DNA of 64,000 nucleotides, from contig OY762897.2 in the NCBI GenBank assembly GCA_963666515.2, positions 3,104,001 through 3,168,000 of the forward strand, given 5' to 3'. This document shows, piece by piece, positions 47,109-55,199 of the stretch. Made by a program: the position numbers and the translations under genes. This stretch comes from Candidatus Binatia bacterium. Lineage in GTDB: Bacteria; Desulfobacterota; Binatia; UBA9968; JAJDTQ01. Position 1 is the stretch's first letter, and every line of letters starts with the position of its first letter. The notes under the pieces were generated by a model that saw only the letters and a list, made by a program, of their open reading frames with translations, ran no database searches and was not told the origin of the DNA.

Positions 47109-48114
47109 AACGAATCCTCGGATCCAGCACCCCGTAGAGCACGTCCGCCACGAGATTGAACCCCACGATGAGCACCGCGAAGATGAAGGTCACCGTCTGC
47201 ACCGTGGGGATGTCGCCGCCCTCGATGGCGCCGATGAGCAACTGGCCGACGCCGTTGATGCGGAAGATCTGCTCGGTGATGATGGCCCCGGCGAAGGTCG
47301 TCGGCAGCCCCAGGGCGATGACCGTCACCACCGGGATCAGGCTGTTGCGCAGCACGTGGACGAGAATGACGCCGCGCTCGGCCACCCCCTTGGCCCGGGC
47401 CGTGCGCACGTAGTCCTGGTTCAGGTTCTCGAGCACCGCAGAACGGGTGAAACGGCTGAGCTGCGCCGCGTTGAAGAGCCCCAGCACCATCACCGGCATC
47501 ACCATCTGGCGCACCTGGACGAGAAGGCTTTCCAGGTCGGTCACCCGGTGGGTGGTGTCATAGATGGACGGGAACCAGTCGAGCCCCACGCTGAAGACCA
47601 CGATGAGGACGGTCCCGGTGAAGAACGTCGGCACCGAGAACCCCACCATGGTGACGAAGGTGCCCACCTGGTCGAAGACCGAGTACTGGCGGCAGGCGGA
47701 GAGGACGCCCACCGGCACCGCGATGAGGACCGCGACGATATAGGAGACGCCCACGACGGTCAGGGTCTGCGGCAGCCGCTCCGCGATCAGGTCCACGACC
47801 GGCGCGCGCGTGGCCCAGGAGCGCACCCGCAGGCGGCCGGCGGAGTCGCCGATCTCGATGCCCCACAGCCGCTCCAGCAGGTTGAGGGGCTCGCTCACCA
47901 GGAACTGCTCCAGCCACTTGAGGTAGCGGACGTGGAACGGCTGCCCGAGGCCCAGGCTCTCCCGGATGGCCTGCCGGGTCTCGGGCGGGATGGTCAGCGG
48001 AAGCTGGGCGGTGGGATCACTGGGGGCGAGGTCCAGCAGCGCGAAGACGATGAAGCTGATGACCAGGAGCGTCGGGACCGCGAAGAGCAGGCGTCTGGCC
48101 ACGTAACGTGACAT
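47101..48114 (-). CDS. Peptide ABC transporter permease (OppB/DppB-like)
   Basis: Y..RRL, DYVRTARAKG, H.LRNSLIP, DPRIR. Confidence 0.93.
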   Translation of the reverse strand: MSRYVARRLLFAVPTLLVISFIVFALLDLAPSDPTAQLPLTIPPETRQAIRESLGLGQPFHVRYLKWLEQFLVSEPLNLLERLWGIEIGDSAGRLRVRSWATRAPVVDLIAERLPQTLTVVGVSYIVAVLIAVPVGVLSACRQYSVFDQVGTFVTMVGFSVPTFFTGTVLIVVFSVGLDWFPSIYDTTHRVTDLESLLVQVRQMVMPVMVLGLFNAAQLSRFTRSAVLENLNQDYVRTARAKGVAERGVILVHVLRNSLIPVVTVIALGLPTTFAGAIITEQIFRINGVGQLLIGAIEGGDIPTVQTVTFIFAVLIVGFNLVADVLYGVLDPRIRYD

Positions 48115-48192
48115 GGGCGCGACTCATGTCGAGGGCAAATCTGGTGTGCTGTCCGGTCGTCCGCTCTCGCGTCCACGAACTTGGCTATCACG

Positions 48193-49902
48193 CTACTTCC
48201 GCCGGCGCCACTCCTGGATGTTCCACTGCAACGCGTCCCAGGCGTTGATCCGCACCCCGCCCAGGGACAGCGCGTGCGCGCCCACTTCGCCGCGGTGGAC
48301 CAGCGGGATCATCGCGCCGTAGTCCATCAGCATGTCGTTCAGGCGCTTGGCGATGGCCGCGCGCTTCTCGATGCCCGCGGTCTTGGCCAGCTCCGCCGCG
48401 AGCTTCTCGTATTCCGCGTCGCAGTAGCGCGGCATGTTGTTGCCGATCCACTGGTTGTGGGGGCCAGGGATCTCTTTGCACAGCCAGCCCTGCATGTAGG
48501 CCTGGGGATCGGTGCCGTTGAACTGGTTGGCGTACATCTGGATGTCGGCGTAGAACTTCTGGTAGGTATCCGGGCTCGCCGGGTCGCTGCCGAAGAACAC
48601 CGACGCGCTGATGTTCTTTAGCTCGGTCTCGACGCCGATCTGCCGCCACATCTGCTTGATCAGCGCCTGGGTGCCCTGGCGCACGGAATTGGTGGAGGTC
48701 TGGTAGAGGATCGAGAGGCGCACCCCGTCCTTGGCGCGGATGCCGTCGGGTCCGCGCGCCCAGCCGGCTTCGTCCAGCAGCTTGTTGGCGGCGGCGACGT
48801 CCTGGGTCTTGCACCAGTCGTTGGCCGTGGAGGCGTACACCGGCGGCGCCGGCAGGACGTTGCAGGTCACCCGGCCGGCCTGACCGTAGCCGGCCTCCAC
48901 CAGGATGTTGCGGTCGATGGCCAGGGACAGCGCGCGCCGCACCGCCGGGTCCGAGAGGAAGGGGTGGGGGTTCTTGCCGTCCTGCCAGGTGGACCGCTTG
49001 TCGCCCAGCGCGGGATCGGGATTGGTGAGCTGCACGATCAGCCGCTCCACCAGGGTGCCGAAGGCCGACACCACCCTGCCCTTGCCCGCCTTTTCCATGG
49101 CGGCGAGGATCTCGGGCTCCACCTGGAGGTTCCAGGCGTAGTCGAACTCGCCGGTTTCCAGCACCGCCCGGGCCGCGGACACCGCGTCGCCGCCGCCCTT
49201 CACCAGAACCGAAGAGAAGGCCGGCTGGTCCGGGTTGCGGTAGCGCTCGTTCATCTCGTAGCGCACCACGTCGTTGGGCCGGAACTCCTTCACCTTGAAG
49301 GGGCCGGTGCCGACGGGACCGAAGTTCTGTTGGGTGCACTCGGGCGCCCTGGCTCCCTGGCAGCCCTCGAACTGCTTCTTCTGAATCACCGGGCAGGTGG
49401 AGCCCACGAACGGCCCGTAGGGGAAAGGCATCGGGACCTCGAAGGAGATCCGCACGGTGTGGTCGTCCACCGCCTCCACCGCGGCCACGTTCTCGAACCG
49501 GGGCGCGGCGTTGCACCCACCGTCCGGGTGCATGCAATAGGCCGCGGTGAAGGCGACGTCGGCCGCGGTGAACGGCGTCCCGTCGGACCACGTCACGCCC
49601 TTGCGGAGCTTCCAGGTGATCGACTTGAGGTCGGCCGCGACGCCGCCGTTCTCGACGGTGGGGATCTCCGCGGCCAGCGCCGGAACCATGTTGGCGTTGT
49701 CGTCGTAGCGCGCCAGCGGCTCGATGACGAAGGCCGCGGCGTGGATGTCCTTGGTTCCACCGGAGAGGAACGGGTTCAGGATCGACGGCGCCTGCCAGTA
49801 GAGCATCTTCAACTCGCCGTCGGCGCCGCGCTGCGCGTACGCCGCGGTGGCGAACAAGACCAGGACGGCTGCTGTCAACATCAAACCGCGCAGTCTCGAC
49901 AT
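48193..49902 (-). CDS. Peptide ABC transporter substrate-binding protein (family 5)
   Basis: Signal peptide, LRKGVTWSDG.PFTA.DV, GTGPF, VRRALS.AIDR. Confidence 0.93.
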   Translation of the reverse strand: MSRLRGLMLTAAVLVLFATAAYAQRGADGELKMLYWQAPSILNPFLSGGTKDIHAAAFVIEPLARYDDNANMVPALAAEIPTVENGGVAADLKSITWKLRKGVTWSDGTPFTAADVAFTAAYCMHPDGGCNAAPRFENVAAVEAVDDHTVRISFEVPMPFPYGPFVGSTCPVIQKKQFEGCQGARAPECTQQNFGPVGTGPFKVKEFRPNDVVRYEMNERYRNPDQPAFSSVLVKGGGDAVSAARAVLETGEFDYAWNLQVEPEILAAMEKAGKGRVVSAFGTLVERLIVQLTNPDPALGDKRSTWQDGKNPHPFLSDPAVRRALSLAIDRNILVEAGYGQAGRVTCNVLPAPPVYASTANDWCKTQDVAAANKLLDEAGWARGPDGIRAKDGVRLSILYQTSTNSVRQGTQALIKQMWRQIGVETELKNISASVFFGSDPASPDTYQKFYADIQMYANQFNGTDPQAYMQGWLCKEIPGPHNQWIGNNMPRYCDAEYEKLAAELAKTAGIEKRAAIAKRLNDMLMDYGAMIPLVHRGEVGAHALSLGGVRINAWDALQWNIQEWRRRK

Positions 49903-50112
49903 GACACGTACCTCCTCGCCTGGATGCACACGTTGCGATTATAGAGAACCATTTTTGACATGGGTAGAGGCGAAACCAGCACCAAGAGTACCGTTGACCC
50001 CTTCCCGATCGCAAGCCAAGTTTGCCAGTACCCACAGGAACGGACAAGCTTCAAGAACACCTGAGCCACGCAACCCTTCCCCGCCAATGGGCCGCCGTAG
50101 ACGCCTTCCAGC

Positions 50113-50141
50113 TTGCCCGACCATGTCATCCGGGCTACTAT
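50113..50141 (+). promoter_or_regulatory. sigma70-like promoter of amidohydrolase
   Basis: TTGCCC-17nt-TACTAT. Confidence 0.5.
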
Positions 50142-50181
50142 CTACGGCATCGAAACGCTATGAATCCGAAGGGAGAAAGCC

Positions 50182-51288
50182 ATGTCCCAACAACGCATCA
50201 TCGACGCCGACGGCCACGTCATGGAGCTCGACGACGAGCTTCGCGACTACATCGGCGGCCCCTATGCCGAACTGGAATGGCACCGGTCCTACGGTTTCTG
50301 GCCGGGCCTCACCATGGACGGCTACCTCCGCTCGCTCAGGCAGCCCGGCGGCTGGGTCGGCGGCGGCACCGGACCTAACGCCCAACATTGGCTCGACTTC
50401 CTCGACAAGAACGGCATCGAGATGACCGTGCTGTACCCGACCCAGGGACTGACCCACGCGGCCATCCGCGACCACGAGTGGGCCATCACCATGGCCCGGG
50501 CCTACAACGACTGGCTTTACGACCGCTTCATGCGGGTGAGCCCGCGCCTGGTGGGCGTGGCGCTGCTGCCCATCCAGGACATCGACGAGGCCGTCAAGGA
50601 GCTTCGCCGCGCCGTCGAGGAACTGGGGATGGTGGGCGCGGTGCTGCCTTCCGCCGCCCCGGGCGGGAAGCTGTTCAGCGGACCCGACTTCCACCCCTTG
50701 TGGGAGGAGGCCCAGCGGCTGGACGTTCCGGTGTCGCCCCACGGCGGCATGAGCTTTCCGGACCTGGGCATCGACGACACCCGGAACTTCATGGTGGCCC
50801 ACACCCTGGAGCACCCGTTCGCGCAGTTCCGGCAGATCGTGGCGATGATCTGTGAAGGCGTGTTCGAGCTGTTCCCCAGGCTGCGGTTCGGCGTGCTGGA
50901 ATGCGGCGCGGGCTGGGTCCCCTACCTGATGGACCGCCTGGACGAAGAGTACGAGCGCAAGGGCCACTACTCGCCCAACTGCAAGCGCAAGCCCAGCGAG
51001 TACTTCCGCGAAGGCAACATCTACTTCGCCGCAGAGGTGGAGGAGACGCTGCTGCCCGAGACCGCCCGGCTGGTGCCGGAGCACACCCTGCTATGGGCTT
51101 CGGACTATCCCCACGAGCGGGACCAGCGGGACTTCAGCGAAGACATCCCGCACCTGCTGGGCCGCGAGGACATGAGCGACGAGCTGAAGCACAAGATCCT
51201 GTTCGAGAACCCGCTACGGTTCTACCCGCGCCTGCGGGCGCGGCTGGATGCCACCGCGGTGGCATCCAGGGAGGCGGCCGCTAGCTGA
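50182..51288 (+). CDS. Amidohydrolase family 2 protein
   Basis: [36 protein letters not shown]. Confidence 0.9.
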   Translation: MSQQRIIDADGHVMELDDELRDYIGGPYAELEWHRSYGFWPGLTMDGYLRSLRQPGGWVGGGTGPNAQHWLDFLDKNGIEMTVLYPTQGLTHAAIRDHEWAITMARAYNDWLYDRFMRVSPRLVGVALLPIQDIDEAVKELRRAVEELGMVGAVLPSAAPGGKLFSGPDFHPLWEEAQRLDVPVSPHGGMSFPDLGIDDTRNFMVAHTLEHPFAQFRQIVAMICEGVFELFPRLRFGVLECGAGWVPYLMDRLDEEYERKGHYSPNCKRKPSEYFREGNIYFAAEVEETLLPETARLVPEHTLLWASDYPHERDQRDFSEDIPHLLGREDMSDELKHKILFENPLRFYPRLRARLDATAVASREAAAS

Positions 51289-52144
51289 ACAGGACCTTGG
51301 CCATCTCCGAGCGGAAGCGGTCGGCAAGCTCGCTCCGCCCCAGGACCTCGAAGATCTGCACCATGGCCTTGCGGGCGCCGTCGTCCTCGAAGGCGCGGTC
51401 CTGCTTCAGCACGGTCAGGAACTCTTCGAGCGCGGCCTCGTAGCGCTCCTCCGCGGCCAGCGCCTGGGCCAGCCGGAAACGCAGGTCGATGCGGTCCGGG
51501 GCCGCAGCCAGATCCTGCCGCAGGGACTCCACGTCCGCGCCGTCCCCCTCGCTGAGCTTGTGGCGGGCGATCAGCCGGTCGGCCTCGTTCCGCTCCGGGC
51601 CGCCCGGGGGAACCCGCTCCAGCAGGGAAAGGGCGCGCTCCGCGTCCGTCTCCAGGAGCCCGCGCCCCAGACCCAGGAGCGCGCCAGCATGGTGAGGCGA
51701 CTCCTCCAGCACCCGCTCGTAGATGGCCAGCGCCGTGCCGGCCTTGCCCTCGGCCCACAGTTCATCCGCCTCCGCGGCCAGCTCGTCCTCGCGCGAGGGC
51801 ACGACGCGGTCCAGGATTTCACGGACGCCGGCTTCCGGCAGCGCGCCGGTGAACTCCGCGGCCAGGGCGCCGTCCTTGAAGACCTTGACCGCCGGAATCC
51901 CCTGGATGCCGAAGCCGGCCGCCAGCTCCTGGTTCTCGTCCACGTTGACCTTGGCCAGGAGGAACTTGCCGCCGTATTCCTCGGCCAGCCGCTCCAGCAC
52001 CGGACCCAGCACCCGGCACGGCCCGCACCACGGCGCCCAGAAGTCCACCGCCACCGGCGTCTCTCCGGAGCGCTCCAGCACCCGCGTCTCGAATTCGGAC
52101 TGGTCGACGTCGAAGACCAGCGCTTCCGTATCCTCGCCCATCAC
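51281..52144 (-). CDS. Thioredoxin-TPR chaperedoxin (CnoX/YbbN-like)
   Basis: [25 protein letters not shown], followed by TPR helices. Confidence 0.92.
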   Translation of the reverse strand: MMGEDTEALVFDVDQSEFETRVLERSGETPVAVDFWAPWCGPCRVLGPVLERLAEEYGGKFLLAKVNVDENQELAAGFGIQGIPAVKVFKDGALAAEFTGALPEAGVREILDRVVPSREDELAAEADELWAEGKAGTALAIYERVLEESPHHAGALLGLGRGLLETDAERALSLLERVPPGGPERNEADRLIARHKLSEGDGADVESLRQDLAAAPDRIDLRFRLAQALAAEERYEAALEEFLTVLKQDRAFEDDGARKAMVQIFEVLGRSELADRFRSEMAKVLFS

Positions 52145-52145
52145 C

Positions 52146-52631
52146 CTACTTCCTGCTCGGGTCGAAATCGGCGCCGTTGAGCGTCACCCGCGTCTCCACC
52201 GGGGTCGGCTTCATGACCGTCTGCATGATGTAGCAACCCTGCTCCGAGTTGCGGATCACCGCGGCCACGCGTTCCGGAGGCTCGCCGGACTCCACGTCGA
52301 GCTTCGTCTCGACGCCGACGCCTTCGGCCTGCACCGTCTCCCGCAGCACCGAGCCCTCGTTCCTGAAGCGCGCGGTCACGTGCACGCGCGCCTTGTCGAT
52401 CTTCACCTTCATCATTTCCCCGTACCGGGAAAGCTGGGTGAGCAGTCAGAATCCGATGGAAAGCGCGAAATACGCCATCGGCGGCGGCGCCGTGTTGTCG
52501 CCGCCGATGCGCCCGCCCTCGTCGCACATCACCGTGAAGCCGCGCGCCTCGCCGCGCTTCTGCTGCCGCTCCAGCATCTCGGCGTCAGCCTCCATCACGA
52601 CTTCGCGTTTGACGATCATGTCGTCCGCCAT
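52146..52631 (-). CDS. OsmC-like protein with in-frame TGA, probable selenoprotein (161 aa)
   Basis: ORFs 52446-52631 and 52146-52415 are in frame and joined by TGA plus 10 sense codons: DE....GG...[16 protein letters not shown]...EQGCY. SECIS-like hairpin after the TGA; GGAGG RBS. Confidence 0.85.
52415..52432 (-). promoter_or_regulatory. Candidate bacterial SECIS hairpin
   Basis: mRNA UGA-CUGCUCACCCAGC-UUUCCC-GGUACG-GGGAAA: 6-bp stem with a G-initiated loop starting 20 nt after the UGA. Confidence 0.6.
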
Positions 52632-52661
52632 ATATCAACCTCCAGGATGCCTTTGCCCCGA

Positions 52662-52690
52662 AGGGTAGCCCATAGCCCCGGCACCGTCAA
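52662..52690 (-). promoter_or_regulatory. sigma70-like promoter of the OsmC-like/thioredoxin pair
   Basis: Minus strand TTGACG-17nt-TACCCT. Confidence 0.5.
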
Positions 52691-52705
52691 TTTGCGTCGA
52701 TCTCC

Positions 52706-53203
52706 ATGGCCAAGCGACACCCCGCGCTGATACCGCTGTCCCACGACCACCACCACGGCTTGGCGCTGGCCCTGCGCTGCCGCAAGCACGCCCTCGGACA
52801 GCTCAATCCGGGCGACACCGCGGCCATGGAAGCGTGCGCCGCGGAGGCATCGCGTTTCTTCAACGAGAATCTGGCCGCCCATTTCGAGGCCGAAGAAACG
52901 GTCCTGTTCCCGCTGATGGCGGCCCACGAGGAATGCCGCGAACTGGTGGCCCGCCTCGAAGGAGAGCATCGGAAGTTCGCCAGGCTGGTGGCGGGCGCCG
53001 GCGGACCCGGAGGGCCGAGGAAGTTCCTGTTCGACTTCGGCGACCTGCTGGAACAGCACATCCGGAGCGAGGAGCGCAGCCTCTTCGCCGCCTTCGAGAT
53101 CCTCGTGCCCGAGGCCGACGCCGAGCGCGCGGGCCGGGAGATCAAGCGGATGCTGGAGCGGGATCAGGCCGCCGGTTCCGAGGGAGCACCCGATAAACCA
53201 TGA
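52706..53203 (+). CDS. Hemerythrin/HHE domain protein
   Basis: LSHDHHHGL, HF.AEE..LFP, EH, HIR.EER.LF. Confidence 0.85.
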   Translation: MAKRHPALIPLSHDHHHGLALALRCRKHALGQLNPGDTAAMEACAAEASRFFNENLAAHFEAEETVLFPLMAAHEECRELVARLEGEHRKFARLVAGAGGPGGPRKFLFDFGDLLEQHIRSEERSLFAAFEILVPEADAERAGREIKRMLERDQAAGSEGAPDKP

Positions 53204-53409
53204 ACACCAAGACCGCCATCATCTCCATCGAAGACCTGACGGAAACGGCCGTCCCGGAGTTGACCGAAGCCTTCGAGAGCGCCCCGGGCGTCACCGAGGT
53301 GGACTTCTCGGTGGAACGGCAGGTCGCGGTCATCGAGTTCGATCCCGAGGTCACTCACATCGACGCGCTGATGCGGGTGGTGCTGGGGAAGGGGTACAAG
53401 GTGCTGTGA
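53200..53409 (+). CDS. HMA/CopZ-fold small protein lacking CxxC
   Basis: T..I.IE.L...PGV..V......A.IEFDP.......L...V...GY pattern; no Cys; ATGA-coupled to the hemerythrin gene. Confidence 0.7.
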   Translation: MNTKTAIISIEDLTETAVPELTEAFESAPGVTEVDFSVERQVAVIEFDPEVTHIDALMRVVLGKGYKVL

Positions 53410-53451
53410 CCTTGCCGGAGCGCATCCGGATGGATGGGCTCACTCTCGATC

Positions 53452-54369
53452 TCATAGCGCCTCCAGCAACTCGCGAGGGTCGACCGAGTTGATGATCACC
53501 TCCGAGTGCGTCGCGACGACGAGCTGTGATCGATGAAGGGCGGCGGCCGTGCGAGGCTCGTGGTAGATGGCGTCCTGAAGAATCAGGTGAAGATGTGCAT
53601 CGGGCTCGTCCAGAAGAAGGACGGAACCCTCCCGCGTATTGAGAAACGTAAGCAGCATCAGGACCTGCTGGAAACCGCTGCCTGCGCTGGCGACATCAAG
53701 GGGCCGCCCTCCTTTCGTCATTCGGTACTCGGCACGGATGTACGGTCCGGTGGCGTCGGGCACCAGGAGTTCGTAGCCGAAGAGCTTCCCGATGGAGTCC
53801 TGAAGCGCAGCCCAGGCGGTATCGTCGAGGCTCGCGTCGACCAGCAGATTGCGCAACACTTCACCCGGACGGCTCATGCCGAGGATATGCTCCACCGCGG
53901 CGGGCAGATAAAGCCGCTCGTCCGTCTCCAATCCGGTCATCGGAGGCACGTAGACTACGCCGAGTTCCAGGCTGCGTAGTGTATCGGCCGGCGCGTCCGC
54001 CTTGGGCCGGACATAGATCTGCTCGGTGCTGTCGGCGATGAGCTCCATCGTCACGGACCAGCCCGTATCGTGGCGGATCTCGATCTCGATCCGCCCCCGA
54101 TACTCGCGGTCCTTCCACATCAGATCAAAGCTCAGGAGTGGGACTGCCGCGAACGCTTGGCGCGTGATGGGCGCGCGCGCATATCCCTGCCGGCGATTGA
54201 AGTCTTTGAGCTCACGCCAACGCCGGAGGGCGAGGGACCACGAGGCTATGGCCTGGAGGACCGTGGTCTTGCCGGTGTCGTTGGGACCGGCCAGGACCAC
54301 GTGTCCCGGCAGATGGAACTCCACGTCATCGAAACGCTTGAAACCCCGGATGCGGACCGTCCGTATCAC
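53452..54369 (-). CDS. ABC-type (AAA_21/OLD-like) ATPase, probably C-terminally truncated
   Basis: I.GFKRF, GPNDTGKTT, SAGSGFQQ, LLLDEPDAHLH, ATHS; ends 17 aa after the ATHS H-loop. Confidence 0.8.
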   Translation of the reverse strand: MIRTVRIRGFKRFDDVEFHLPGHVVLAGPNDTGKTTVLQAIASWSLALRRWRELKDFNRRQGYARAPITRQAFAAVPLLSFDLMWKDREYRGRIEIEIRHDTGWSVTMELIADSTEQIYVRPKADAPADTLRSLELGVVYVPPMTGLETDERLYLPAAVEHILGMSRPGEVLRNLLVDASLDDTAWAALQDSIGKLFGYELLVPDATGPYIRAEYRMTKGGRPLDVASAGSGFQQVLMLLTFLNTREGSVLLLDEPDAHLHLILQDAIYHEPRTAAALHRSQLVVATHSEVIINSVDPRELLEAL

Positions 54370-54428
54370 GCACTTGCCTCCGAGAGCAGCTTGACAGCCA
54401 TCAATCCGTTCCCATGATTATCGAGGCC

Positions 54429-54806
54429 TCAACGGCCATCTGGCGCGAGATCGAAAACGATGCTCAAGGCGTCGTCGATCCTGGCCATGTCCTCGTCTCC
54501 CAAGTCGCCACGCACACCCACCAGCCGAGCACCGTGATCGACCGGCCGGGTTTGCAGGCAGTCGGCGACGGACCTCTTGGTCAAACCGTTGCGAGACGAG
54601 GGCTCGATTTCCACATTGGTGACGATGCGGGCCTTTCGTTCGCTCCATGCGGTCAGCGGCACCACCTGAATCACCGGGACACGCGCGTTGTAGGTATTGT
54701 TCGTCACGATCACGCAAGGCCGAATCTTCCCGGTCTCCGACCCCTTGGTGGGATCGAGATCAACATCAACGACCATTCCTCGAGTCAACCGGCTCAAGTG
54801 GGCCAC
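54429..54806 (-). CDS. PemK/MazF family toxin
   Basis: RG.VV.V.LDPT.GSE.GK.RPCVIV.N, VVPLT, NGL...S.A.C.Q.R; start uncertain. Confidence 0.92.
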   Translation of the reverse strand: MAHLSRLTRGMVVDVDLDPTKGSETGKIRPCVIVTNNTYNARVPVIQVVPLTAWSERKARIVTNVEIEPSSRNGLTKRSVADCLQTRPVDHGARLVGVRGDLGDEDMARIDDALSIVFDLAPDGR

Positions 54807-55027
54807 TCCGCCAACGCCGCATCGGTCCATTCCCGTGCTTCATCATCATCGGCATAGACCTCGGCGTACAGATCAGCGGATTCGCGCAAGCGCTGCTGCG
54901 CCAATTCCTTGCGGAACCGGTCAAGGGCGGTCCGCACGACATCGCTCTTGTCCTTGAAGCCATACCGGCTGAATTGTGCGAGAAACTGGATATGAGATTC
55001 TTCGAGACTGAATTTCGCTTGAAGCAT
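54794..55027 (-). CDS. Antitoxin (RHH-like) of MazF toxin
   Basis: 77 aa, GFKDKS.VVR.AL, acidic C-terminus; overlaps the toxin start. Confidence 0.8.
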   Translation of the reverse strand: MLQAKFSLEESHIQFLAQFSRYGFKDKSDVVRTALDRFRKELAQQRLRESADLYAEVYADDDEAREWTDAALAEWPT

Positions 55028-55073
55028 GCGCCCCCCTTATAAGCCCCTTCTTTGAGGTCTAATACCACGTCCC

Positions 55074-55103
55074 TATCATAAGCCCTGGATGATAAGAAAT
55101 CAA
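55074..55103 (-). promoter_or_regulatory. TA promoter with operator palindrome
   Basis: Minus strand TTGATT-17nt-TATGAT; TATCAT-N9-ATGATA overlaps the -10 box and spacer. Confidence 0.6.
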
Positions 55104-55199
55104 TCCGTCACTTCAGCCAACCCCTGTGCCAAACGACCATTTGGGACAAAACCCGGCCGCCGTTGTGACGAGCCTTTCTTCTGCTAGACTTTAACCGTC

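Noticed and set aside
49952-50050. GGTAGAGGCG...AAGAGTA resembling the start of a lysine riboswitch
   Set aside because: Downstream conserved elements (GAAAGG, GCCGAA, CTGTC, closing stem) are absent and the gene context does not fit.
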